A stretch of 64,000 nt of DNA, taken from the NCBI GenBank assembly GCA_963721655.1, contig CAVRKH010000008.1:65026-129025 (forward strand), read 5' to 3'. The notes under the pieces were generated by a model, which was not told where the DNA came from, ran no database searches, and saw only the letters and a program-made list of their open reading frames with translations. Origin of the DNA: an uncultured Chloroflexia bacterium (lineage in GTDB: Bacteria > Chloroflexota > Limnocylindria > Limnocylindrales > CSP1-4). Position 1 is the first letter of the stretch, and each line of letters begins with the position of its first letter. The translations under genes and the position numbers were made by a program. Of this stretch, positions 1 to 9,456 are shown in pieces.

Positions 1-216
1 ACGGTCGATTCGGAGTCCGACGATCGCGGGATGCTCGGGATGGACGACGCGGTGCCGTCCGGTCCGCTGTCGGGCCGCGTCCGGGTGCGCCTCATCGCCG
101 ATGGCGTCGAGGACACCACGCTCGAGGAGCTCGCGCACTGGGGCGTCGATCATTGCCCCGTGTGCAACGCGCTCGAGCGCCCGGTCCCGATCACCGTCGA
201 GGTTGCGACGAGCTAG
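1..216 (+). CDS. OsmC/Ohr-family protein, C-terminal fragment (5' end outside window)
   Basis: The frame is open from base 1 to TAG 214-216. The C-terminus ...LEELAHWGVDHCPVCNALERPVPITVEV matches the conserved Cys-containing end of OsmC-like proteins. Confidence 0.55.
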   Translation, partial: TVDSESDDRGMLGMDDAVPSGPLSGRVRVRLIADGVEDTTLEELAHWGVDHCPVCNALERPVPITVEVATS

Positions 217-237
217 CCGTCACGAGGTCGCGCAACG

Positions 238-1024
238 ATGCTCACCACCAATCCGCTCGAAGACGTGCCGGTCCTCGTGATCTTCGCGGTCTTCGCGGTG
301 ATCTCCTTCATCGCGTACGAGATCGGCTTCCAGATCGGTCACTGGTACCAGGCGCGATCGCCCGGCGTGCAGGAGGGACCGACGGGCGTCCTCGTCGGCT
401 CGATCCTCGCGCTGCTGGCGTTCCTGCTCGCCATCACCATGGGCATGGCATCCGATCGCTTCGACACGCGGCGCGGCCTCGTGCTCGAGGAGGCGAATGC
501 GATCCAGACCACGTATCTCCGAGCCGGGTACCTGCCGGAACCCGCCTCCGGTGAAATCCGGAACCTGATCCGCGAGTACGTGCCGCTCCGGATTTCACCG
601 TCGGATCAAGCGACGCTCCTGGCCAACTCGCAGCAGGCGGAGGCGCTCCTGGGGCAGATCTGGTCTATCGCCGAGGCCGAGGCGAAGGTGACGCAGCAGG
701 GAGACCTGATGGCCGCGTTCATCGAGTCGCTGAACGAGACGATCGACCTGCACGAGAATCGACTCGCCGCCGGCGTCTACTCGAGGGTCCCCGCGACGAT
801 CCTCTGGCTGCTCTTCGTCGGCTCGGTCCTGACGCTGGCGATCGTCGGCTACAGCGCCGGCCTTGACCAGGCGGCGCGACCTGTTGAGCGCGATCGTCCT
901 GATCATCGCCCTCGGCGCCGTCCTCGCGCTCGTGATCGACCTTGACCAGCCTCGGTCAGGGTTCGTCCAGGTCAGCCAGCAGCCGATCATCGACCTCCAG
1001 GAGCAGATCGGCCCTCCTTCGTAA
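238..1024 (+). CDS. DUF4239-like membrane protein (frameshifted as assembled, ~868)
   Basis: ORF 238-945 has N-terminal TM helices. After ~865 the hydrophobic C-terminus (RRDLLSAIVLIIALGAVLALVIDLDQPRSGFVQV...) continues in another frame to TAA 1022-1024. Confidence 0.55.
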
Positions 1025-1124
1025 GTTGCGTTTCGGGCCGTCGCTCGTCGTGCACAATGACCGCGCGTCGAAGGTGGGGTCGACGTCGACCCGACCCGGC
1101 GTGAGGGAGCCCAAGGAGGGTCCG

Positions 1125-1528
1125 ATGCGCGCCACCGTCACCCTGGTCGCCGCCATCGTCGCGTTGCTGCTGATGCCTGTCGGGGCAGCCGCCCGGCCAC
1201 AGGCCAGCTGCCCGAACGGTTCATCGGGCTACACGCTGGTCGACCTCCCGACGTGGTGGGACATCACGGTCGACGGATTCGAGGCCGCAGGCATCCCGGT
1301 GTACGTCGGCGGCGACCCAGCGAACGGGTTCACCGAGGAATTCGACGCGTTCGGCGCCGCTGCGGGGTTCGGCGACGGGCAGGGTGTCTACGACTTTGTC
1401 TGGGGTCCGCAGTGGGCGATCATCGACAAGGGCGGCGACGGCTGGGCGTGCATGAAGCCGCGTCCGATCACCCCCGGCAACCCGGCATACCAGTTCAACG
1501 GTGTGGGTTCGGGGGCATTCGCCGGTAG
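1125..1528 (+). CDS. Secreted protein of unknown function (3' end unresolved)
   Basis: ATG 1125 is preceded by AAGGAGGG (1113-1120). Signal peptide is MRATVTLVAAIVALLLMPVGAAARP. There is no in-frame stop before the downstream MFS domain. The end given is TAG 1526-1528, reachable by a 1-nt shift. Confidence 0.4.
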
Positions 1529-1544
1529 GATTGCGGGACCCGTG

Positions 1545-2886
1545 TCTTCCCCAGCTGCCCGCATCGACCAGTCCTATCGGGGCCTTCTCCGCGTCCCGCA
1601 GCTGAGCCGCGTCCTCGCGTCGATGATCGTGGCCCGCGTCGCCAGCGCGATGGTCGGCGTGGCAATCGTCCTGTTCACGCTCGATGAATACGACTCGCCG
1701 GCGCTGGCAGGTCTGGTCACCCTCGCCTACATCCTGCCGGGGATCCTCGTCAGCCCCATCGCCGGCGCGCTGCTCGACCGCCACGGCAGGGTTCGGCTGA
1801 TCATCCTCGACTACATCGTCGCTGGCTCGGCCCTCGGCATCATCGCGTTCCTGGCGCTCTCGGACCGCCTGCCCGCAGGGCTCCTGGTCCTCATCGCCGC
1901 GGTGGCGTCGCTGACCTCGATCCTGAGCGCGACCGGGCTGCGCAGCCTGTTCCCGATCATGGTCCCGAAACACCTCTGGGAGCGGGTCAACGCCATCGAT
2001 TCGAACGGGTACATCGTGGCGACGATCCTCGGCCCACCGATCGCCGCGGCCCTTGTAACGGTTGTCGGCGGGCCCGCCGACGCTGGCGATCATCGGCGCG
2101 ATGATGCTGCTGGCCACGGTTCCGCTGATCGGCGTCCGTGACCCCGCCAAGCCGAAACCCGCCGAGGCGCCGTTGCTGCGCGAGGCGTGGGACGGCGTCC
2201 TGTATGTCTGGCACAACCCGACCCTGCGCGGGCTCGCGTTCTCGATCTCGACGCTCAACATCGCGGGCGGGGTCGCGTCGATTGCGATCCCCCTGCTCGT
2301 GCTCAGGCAGCTCGGCTACAGCCCGGCGCTGGTCGGGCTCGCATTCGCCGTATCGGGCGTCACCGGGATGGTCTCGTCTGCCTTCTTCGGGCGGTTCGAT
2401 ACGCGCGGCCGGGAGTGGCGGATGCTCGTCGTGCCGATGGCGCTCATGGTCCCGACGGTCGCGCTGCTGCTGCCGGTCGCGGCCTCGGCGCCGGCCGGCA
2501 CCGCGGGCGGCATCGAGCCGCTGGCCGGGATCGTGCTGGTGATCGCCTCGCAGGCGTTCTTCGGCATCCTGAACGGCCCGCTCGACATCGCACTGTTCAC
2601 GGTCCGCCAGCGGCGGACCGACCCGGCGATCATGGGCCGCGCCTTCGCGGTCTCGATGGCCGCCAACTTCGTCGGCTACCCGGTGGGCTCCGCGATCGCG
2701 GGCCTGCTCGCGACGACGTCCCTCGCATCCGCGGTCGGGCTGGGGGTCGCGGCATGCCTCGTCGCGACGGTCTTCGCGACGGTCCTGATCCCGGGTCGCG
2801 CGCCATCCGCTCCGCAGCCGGCGACGCCCGCCTTCCGCAGCTCGGCCGCGCCGGCGGGATCCGAGCCGGTTCACCGCCAGCCGTGA
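1545..2886 (+). CDS. MFS transporter (frameshifted as assembled, ~2065)
   Basis: Many TM segments are spread over ORFs 942-2141 and 2062-2886 (...GPPIAAALVTVVGGP / PTLAIIGAMMLLATVPLIG...). N-terminal motif is YRGLLRVPQLSRVLASMIVARV. The start (GTG 1545 or 1503) is uncertain. Confidence 0.65.
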
Positions 2887-3893
2887 GCCGGCGTCGAATC
2901 CCGGACGAGGTGCTGACCGCCGCCCACGAGCGCGCGGCCGCCCGGGAGGCGCGCGACTGGGCCGAGGCCGACCGGCTGCGTGCGGAGATCGAGGCGGCCG
3001 GCTGGAAGATCGTCGACCGCGGCACGGACTTCGCATTGACACCGGTCGCGCCACTGGACACGTCGGAGGGCGAGCGCGTCCGCTACGGGGCAAGCGCGAA
3101 CGTCCCGTCCCGCCTGGACGAGACGCCCGTCGGCGTGGCGACGGTTGTGCTCGTGGCGACCGACTGGCCGGACGACCTGGCGCGTGCGCTGTCGGGTCTC
3201 GCCGACCACGCGCCCGAGGGCACGTCGATCGTCGTCGTCGCGGACGCCCCGTCCGAGGATCAGGCGGCGGCCCTCGAGGTGGTCGAGGCGGGCGGCGGGA
3301 CGGGCGGCCTGTCGACCGAGATCGTGTGGACGAGCGACCGCCTGGGCCAGGGTGCCGCGCTGAACGCGGGGGTCCGCCGCGCGCCCGGGCCGATCGTGAT
3401 CCTGCTCGATTCGAGCGTCGAACCAACGGGCGATTTCGTCACACCGCTGACGGCAGCCCTCGCCGATCCGGCCGTCGCGCTTGCCGGGGGATGGGGGATC
3501 GTGTCAGACGACCTGCGCCGGTTCGAGGAGGCGCCGCCGGGCGACGTCGACGCGATCGAGGCCTACTGCCTGGCGTTCCGGCGGGAGGACTTCGCGACGC
3601 GCGGCCCGTTCGACGAGCGGTTTCGCTTCTACCGCAACCTCGATATCTGGTGGAGCCTCGTGCTTCGCGACGAGGGGCAGGGGACGGCGCCGCGGCGTGG
3701 CGTCGCGCTGGCCGACCTGCCGCTCACCAGGCATGAGCACCGCGGCTATACGAGCCTGCCGCCCGACGAGCGGGATCGGCAGAGCAAGCGCAACTTCTAC
3801 CGGATCATCGACCGCTTCGGATCGCGCCGGGACCTGCTCGTTCGCAACACTGGCGACACGCCCGGTCACGGTGGGCAGGCGCCCGGTGATTGA
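2883..3893 (+). CDS. GT-A/GT2-like glycosyltransferase with N-terminal CysRS C-terminal-like helical domain
   Basis: GTG 2883 overlaps the MFS stop (GTGA). The N-terminus ARDWAEADRLRAEIEAAGWKIVDRGTDF mirrors the cysS C-terminus in this window. It is followed by a GT2-type core (VVLVATDWPDDL...IVVVADAPSED...GAALNAGVRRAPGPIVILLDSS). Confidence 0.6.
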   Translation: MSRRRIPDEVLTAAHERAAAREARDWAEADRLRAEIEAAGWKIVDRGTDFALTPVAPLDTSEGERVRYGASANVPSRLDETPVGVATVVLVATDWPDDLARALSGLADHAPEGTSIVVVADAPSEDQAAALEVVEAGGGTGGLSTEIVWTSDRLGQGAALNAGVRRAPGPIVILLDSSVEPTGDFVTPLTAALADPAVALAGGWGIVSDDLRRFEEAPPGDVDAIEAYCLAFRREDFATRGPFDERFRFYRNLDIWWSLVLRDEGQGTAPRRGVALADLPLTRHEHRGYTSLPPDERDRQSKRNFYRIIDRFGSRRDLLVRNTGDTPGHGGQAPGD

Positions 3894-3996
3894 CGGCCGC
3901 GTACAGTGATGTCTGCGGCCGGCCCATAGCCGTACGGCACGTTGTCCGGTCGTGGGCTCCGGATCGGGGCTCAACCGAGCTCGCAAGGAGGCGTTC

Positions 3997-4509
3997 ATGT
4001 CACGCATCCTCGCCGTTGTTGGCGCCATCGCGCTCGTGGCCCTGTCGGCTGCGCCTGTCCTTGCCGGCGGCAAGCCCGTCAAGGCGCCCGAAGAGTCACC
4101 GCCGCCCGTCATCTACCCGGCAGGCGAGCTGTGCGACTTCGATCTGCTGTTCGAGGACGTCCTCAACACCAGCCACTCGCTCACATTCCCGGCGGCCGAC
4201 GACGGGACGCAGCGGGTCATGTTCGGCGGTCGGATCGTCTTGCATCTGACCAATCTGGACACGGGTGTGTCGAGGTTCTACAACGCGTCCGGCCCGGGCA
4301 CCTTCACCTTCGGCGAGACCCTCGTCGTCAAGGGCCAGGGCCCGTGGCTCCTGTACTTCTTCGAGGGCGACGCCGACGGCCCTGGCGTGTGGTACACGCG
4401 CGGCAAGATCCGGATCGAGGCCGACCTTGAGACGGGGCAGATCATCTCGGCGACCCGGCCAGCCAACACGATCGACGTGTGCGAGCAGCTCGGAGGCCAC
4501 GCCGCGTGA
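3997..4509 (+). CDS. Secreted protein of unknown function
   Basis: ATG 3997 follows CAAGGAGG. Signal peptide is MSRILAVVGAIALVALSAAPVLAGG. The ORF is intact to TGA 4507-4509. Confidence 0.55.
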   Translation: MSRILAVVGAIALVALSAAPVLAGGKPVKAPEESPPPVIYPAGELCDFDLLFEDVLNTSHSLTFPAADDGTQRVMFGGRIVLHLTNLDTGVSRFYNASGPGTFTFGETLVVKGQGPWLLYFFEGDADGPGVWYTRGKIRIEADLETGQIISATRPANTIDVCEQLGGHAA

Positions 4510-4605
4510 TCGCGGCTGACAGGTCGATGCAAGCGATCGACTCCCGGGTCTCTGCGGTTGACCGCCCGAGGCGCACGGTCAGCGGCACGTACCCGGGAGG
4601 TACCC

Positions 4606-5013
4606 ATGACGACGCGCACGGTCCTGCGCATCGGCTCGCGCGCGACGCTCTACCGCGTCGCGGCACTCACCGCGCTGCTCCTGCCGCTTGTGCTCGCCGC
4701 GTGCGGCGGCGACGGCAGCGGTGGCGGCGCGCGGCTACTGAACGGCGACCAGGCCCCGGGCGAGCTCGGCGGCCTTCGCCAGCTCCGCGACAGCCTCCGG
4801 CCGGTTTGGCCAGACGTGGCTGATCAGCTCACCGATGCCACGCCCGGCGTAGCCCGCGAGCATCGGCGCGACCTCCTCGGCGGTTCCGCGCATCGCCGAC
4901 GCGGGCGGCGTCTCGTCGCCCTCTCGAGCCAGGCCAGGGAAGAAGACGAACACGCCCGCGGTGAGGGTCATCGTTGCGATGTCGCGGCCTTCCTCGTCGC
5001 AGGCGGCCCGTAG
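4606..5013 (+). CDS. Possible small lipoprotein or orphan signal-peptide ORF (3' end unresolved)
   Basis: GGGAGG lies 5 nt upstream of ATG 4606. The lipoprotein signal MTTRTVLRIGSRATLYRVAALTALLLPLVLAAC has a lipobox. Beyond ~4735 the frame runs antisense through the LLM oxidoreductase gene and is unlikely to be coding. Confidence 0.25.
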   Translation: MTTRTVLRIGSRATLYRVAALTALLLPLVLAACGGDGSGGGARLLNGDQAPGELGGLRQLRDSLRPVWPDVADQLTDATPGVAREHRRDLLGGSAHRRRGRRLVALSSQAREEDEHARGEGHRCDVAAFLVAGGP

Positions 5014-5652
5014 GCGGGCGATCCGCGCGTCGAGCTCCTGCGCCTCGGGCGGAGGGCCGTACCACGCCGCGTTCCAGCGGTCGGCGTGACGGGCGACAAG
5101 CCGCAGCATCCGCGGACCCTTGCCCGCGATCAGGATCGGCATGCTGGCCGGGCGCGGACCGCGTGGCGCAGCTCGGCGTTCGCCCGGTGCCATTGCCCGT
5201 CGAAGCGGACACGACCCTCGCGAAGCAGCGGGAGGATGATCTCGAGGGCTTCCTCGAAGCGACCGACGCGGTGGTCGAACGGGAAGTCGAACGCCTCGAA
5301 CTCAGGCTCGTGCCAGCCGCAGCCGAGCCCGAGCACCAGCCGTCCGCCGCTGACCTCGTCGAGCTCGGCGGCCATCTTCGCGGTGAGCGCCGGGTTGCGG
5401 AACGGGACCGCGAGCACCAGCGGACCGATCTCCACCCGGCTGGTGAGCGCCGCCACCGCCGACAGGACGGTCCAGGCCTCGTGGATGCCCTCGGTCCTGC
5501 CGCCCTCGCGGAAGAGCATGTGATCGGCCAGGTAGACCGAGTCGAGGCCGCGCTCCTCGGCGGTGAGCGCCATGTCGCGCAGCGTGGACCACGGTGGGAC
5601 GTGACCACTCGCTTCGTCCTCGACCCATGGGCAGCATCAGCCCGACCTTCAT
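4735..5652 (-). CDS. LLM-class (luciferase-like) F420-dependent oxidoreductase (two frameshifts, ~5165 and ~5620)
   Basis: Three fragments join: [10 protein letters not shown] / EDEASGHVPPWSTLRDMALTAEERGLDSVYLADH...FDGQWHRANAELR / PRGPRPASMPILIAGKGPRMLRLVARHADRWN.... ATG 5652 overlaps the cysS stop (ATGA). Confidence 0.7.
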
Positions 5653-7261
5653 CGGCTCGCCACCTTTGGTCGGGCCTGCGAGCCGTCCGGGCCGTCGACC
5701 ACGTCCCAGCCGAGGGCGGCAAGCTCGTCGCGGAGTGCGTCGGCGCGCGGCGAAGTCGCGCGCGTTCCGGGCGATCGCGCGCGCCTCCACGAGCTCGCGA
5801 ACCTCCGCCGGCGTGTCGTCGGCCACCGTCCCCGTTGCCCAGACACGGTCGAGGTCCAGCCCGAGCACGTAGTCGAAATCAAGCAGCAGCCAGCGGCGCT
5901 CGTCCTCGGGGAGCGGCGCTCGGAGCGTCTCGCGGGCGATGGCCACGGCCGTCGACGTGTCCAGGTCGTCGTCGATGGCGGCGGTGAAGCGGTCGTGCAG
6001 GTCGCGCCCTTCGGGGGACAGGGGAGCGGACGGCGCGTGCGCTCGGTCCGCCGGGTCGGGGGTGTTGGCGCCACCGTGTCCGCCCTGATCGGCGGCGATC
6101 CCGTCGGGCCGCTCCCCGGCGGGGGCGGCGCGCAGGACGGCGGGTGCCGCCCACGGACCGTCGGCGGGTGGCGGCCCGAGAGCGCGCAGCCGCGCACGCA
6201 GCGATTCGAGTGCGGCCGCCGCCCCGGTCACCGATTCGTCGCTGTAGTCCAGCTTGTGGCGGTAGCGGGACGTGAGCGCCAGGTAGCGCAGGGCGAGGGG
6301 GTCGATGCCGCGCTCGGCCAGCTCGGTGACCCGTTCGAAGTTGCCGGCCGACTTGGCCATCTTTCGCCCCGACATCAGCAGGTGCTCGCCGTGGACCCAG
6401 ACGGTGGCGGGTGGCCCACCGACCAGCGGCGCCGACTGCGCGATCTCGTCCTCGTGGTGCGGGAAGACGTTGTCGATGCCGCCGGTGTGGATGTCGAACC
6501 GCTCGCCGAGGTATTTGAGGGCCATCGCCGAGCACTCGAGGTGCCAGCCCGGGAAGCCCTCGCCCCAGCGCGACGGCCACTTGAGGGCGCGCTGTTCGCC
6601 GGCGGACTTCCACAGCGCGAAGTCGGCCGGGTCGCGCTTGTCGTGTTCGACGTGGCCCGCGGTCCGGTGGCCGGCCCGGAGGTCGTCGAGCGAGTTGCCC
6701 GAGAGCTTCCCGTAGTCCTCGAACGTCCCGACCTCGTAGTAGAGGTTGTCGTGGTCGGTGCGGTAGGCGTGGCCGGCATCCTCGAGCCGTTCGGCGAGGT
6801 CGAGCATCTCGGGGATGTGCTCGGTCGCGCGCGGGAAGACGTGGGCGGGGAGGATGTTGACGAGCGCCTCGTCCGCGTGGAACGCGGCCTCGTATGCGGC
6901 CGCGATCTCGGCCGTCGATTTGTGCTCCAGCCCGGCCTGGACGAGCATCCGGTCCTCGCCGCGATCGAACTGGTCGTCGCGCAGGTGGCCGACGTCGGTG
7001 ATGTTCTTGACGTGGAACACGTCGACGCCGTGGTACAAGCAGCACGCGCCGGATCAGGTCCGCCAGCAGGTAGCTCCGCAGGTTGCCGACGTGGGCGTAG
7101 CGGTAGACGGTCGGGCCGCACGTGTACATCCGGACGCGACCCGGCTCCAGCGGCTCGATGGGCCGCACCTCGCGGGTCAGCGTGTCGCGCAATCGGAGGG
7201 TCACCGGGGAGCTCCTGGCGGCGTCCGCGGGGTTGGGCAGAGGCGGACGAGCGGGGTCCAT
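5649..7261 (-). CDS. cysS: Cysteine--tRNA ligase (two frameshifts, ~5745 and ~7040)
   Basis: Motifs seen: [20 protein letters not shown] (HIGH region), [16 protein letters not shown] (KMSKS). The C-terminus ...[21 protein letters not shown] is in a third frame. ATG 7261 is the likely start (TTG 7279 is the alternative). Confidence 0.85.
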
Positions 7262-7421
7262 CCTACCCGCGGAGACCAATCTTCGAAATTCGTCGCAAAG
7301 GGCCCTAACGGCGGCGACGTTCGCTCGTTATCGCTTCAGAGGCCTCGCAACTGACCATCGTTCCCCCGGCGGTGAAGTTGCGGGGTCTCATAGCGTCCGG
7401 GGTAGCGCGGCGGCGCCCGGT

Positions 7422-7589
7422 GGCTGCCAAATATCAGCCCCCGCAATGCGTGGCGGGGCGCCCGCCCGCGAGCCCTGAAATCGGGCCAACGCAGGCCATT
7501 TCAACGGCCACAGAGCAGCCAGGCTGATATCTGGCTCATACCCGGGCCTCGCCCCTCGCCTTTCATCACCCCGGCTGATATCTGGCAGC
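7422..7589. repeat. Intergenic hairpin-repeat array A (GGCTGATATCTGGC family)
   Basis: The exact 14-mer GGCTGATATCTGGC occurs at 7522 and 7573, 51 bp apart. An inverted 13/14 copy lies at 7426-7439. Each copy sits inside a short hairpin. Small hairpins GCCC-tgaaatc-GGGC (7472) and GGCC-atttcaac-GGCC (7495) lie between them. Confidence 0.7.
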
Positions 7590-7836
7590 GAGCGGCCGGC
7601 GGCGGCTCGCAAACCGCGGCCGGCTCCAGCCGCGGCGTCCGGGGCCCCTTCCGGCCCGGGAGACGATCCGCCCGTATACTCCGGCGCATGCGGCGCTGGG
7701 TATGCATCATCGCGCTCCTGACCGGATTCTCCGGCCAGGGTTACGTGTGGTCGACACGCGCGCGTCAGCCCGTCCCGATCGAGCGACCCGTGGCCCGACC
7801 GACGCGCGCCGATGGGCTTCGCCTGACGGCCGACTG

Positions 7837-9456
7837 GTGGCGCAGACCCTGAGCTACGCAGCCACTGGCCGCCGGACAGATGGTCGAGGTCCGCGACGCC
7901 TCGGCTTGGCCGCGCTCCTCAGCATCCTGGTCGCGGTGTGCCTCGTTGCCGGCTGCAGCGCGCCCGCGATCGGGGCGGAGAGCGACCGGCCGGTCCGCAT
8001 CCTGAGCGGTGGCGCGGCCACGCTCGACCCGGCCGAGGCCGGTGATGCGGGCAGTGCCAACGTCATCGGCCAGCTCTACGAGACGCTGACGTCGTTCGAC
8101 ACCACCCTGACCCTTCGGCCCGCGCTGGCCGAGTCCTGGGATATCCAGGACGGCGGCCGGCGGATCGTCTTCAAGTTGCGTGACGGGCTCACGTTCTCCG
8201 ACGGGACGCCGCTCACCGGCGACGACGTCGTCCGGAGCTGGATGCGAATCATCGATCCGGCCAACCCGTCGCCGCTCGTCTCGCTGATGTCCGATGTCGA
8301 GGGAGCCATGGCCTATGCCCGCGGCCAGAGCAGCGACCCGTCGTCGGTGGGGCTGCATGCCGATGGCCAGGAGGTGACTGTCGACCTCAACCGGCCCGCC
8401 GCGGACTTCGTGACGGTGGTCGCCAGCCCGACGTTCTCGGTCGTCCCGCCCGGCATGGACGACGACCCCGACGTCACCGCGCCCGGGTCGTTCGTGTCGA
8501 GCGGCGGCTACACCCTCGCATCGACCGACCCGAGGACGACGACGCTCGCCGCCAACCCCCACTACTGGGCCGGCGAGCCGCCGATCAAGGAGGTCCAGCT
8601 GGTCCAGGACATCGAAGGGCGCAGCCCGATCGAGGACTACGAGGCCGGTCGCCTCGACTACCTGCCGCTCGGCGACTTCGATGCGTCGTGGATCGCCTAC
8701 GACCGGGAGCTCGGACCGGATCTCCGAGAGGTGCCGGCGCTCGCGGTCCAGTACTACGGCTTCGACACCACGCGCCCGCCGTTCGATGACGTGAAGGTGC
8801 GCCAGGCATTCGGAGCCGCGGTCGACTGGCGGCGGATCGCCGCGCTGGGCACGGCCTCGCCGGAGGACGTGGCCACGTCCATGGTGCCGCCGGGCATGCC
8901 CGGCCGGTCCGACCGTGACTTCCTGCCGGTCCACGATCCCGAAAAGGCACGCCGGCTCCTGTCCGAAGCGGGCTATCCGGGCGGCCAGGGCTTCCCCGAG
9001 GTCACGATGCTGACCGGCGGCGGCCTGTTCGACGAGGCGCTGGTGACCGAGCTCGAACGCGAGCTCGGGATCGACATCAAGTCCGAGACGATGGGTAACG
9101 GCTACTTCGACCGGCTGAACAACGATCCGCCCCAGATCTGGTCCTTGTCGTGGATCGCCGACTACCCGGGCCCGAACGACTTCCTGGGCGTCCTCCTCGG
9201 CTCCGACGCCTCGAACAACTACGGCGGCTGGAGCTCGCCGGAGTTCGACGCCGCGATCGCCGACGCCGGTGCGGCCACCGACCCGGACGACATCCGCGCG
9301 GCGTTCGACCGTGCGGAGGAGATCGTCCAGCGCGACGTGCCGGTCGTCCCGGTGAGCTACGGCACGGGCTGGGCGCTGTCCCGGCCCGAATTGCTCGGAG
9401 CGGACCAGAACGGGCTTGGCGCGGTCCGCATGGCGGGGCTCGCATGGGACGACTGA
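7837..9456 (+). CDS. ABC transporter substrate-binding lipoprotein, family 5 (peptide/nickel type)
   Basis: ORF 7702-9456. The signal RRLGLAALLSILVAVCLVAGC has a lipobox, followed by family-5 SBP sequence (LDPAEAGDAGSANVIGQLYETL...). GTG 7837 is the likely start. Confidence 0.8.
   Translation: MAQTLSYAATGRRTDGRGPRRLGLAALLSILVAVCLVAGCSAPAIGAESDRPVRILSGGAATLDPAEAGDAGSANVIGQLYETLTSFDTTLTLRPALAESWDIQDGGRRIVFKLRDGLTFSDGTPLTGDDVVRSWMRIIDPANPSPLVSLMSDVEGAMAYARGQSSDPSSVGLHADGQEVTVDLNRPAADFVTVVASPTFSVVPPGMDDDPDVTAPGSFVSSGGYTLASTDPRTTTLAANPHYWAGEPPIKEVQLVQDIEGRSPIEDYEAGRLDYLPLGDFDASWIAYDRELGPDLREVPALAVQYYGFDTTRPPFDDVKVRQAFGAAVDWRRIAALGTASPEDVATSMVPPGMPGRSDRDFLPVHDPEKARRLLSEAGYPGGQGFPEVTMLTGGGLFDEALVTELERELGIDIKSETMGNGYFDRLNNDPPQIWSLSWIADYPGPNDFLGVLLGSDASNNYGGWSSPEFDAAIADAGAATDPDDIRAAFDRAEEIVQRDVPVVPVSYGTGWALSRPELLGADQNGLGAVRMAGLAWDD

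Noticed and set aside
1987-3426. A 479-aa Arg/Pro-rich ORF (minus strand)
   Set aside because: It is antisense to the MFS and glycosyltransferase genes. Its composition (poly R/P/G/A) is typical of off-frame translation of GC-rich coding DNA, and it has no recognisable domain.
7702-7836. ATG 7702 as the start of the ABC substrate-binding protein
   Set aside because: The first 45 residues are Arg/Pro-rich and precede the real signal peptide and lipobox by about 60 aa. GTG 7837 gives a normal lipoprotein precursor. The longer form cannot be excluded without data.
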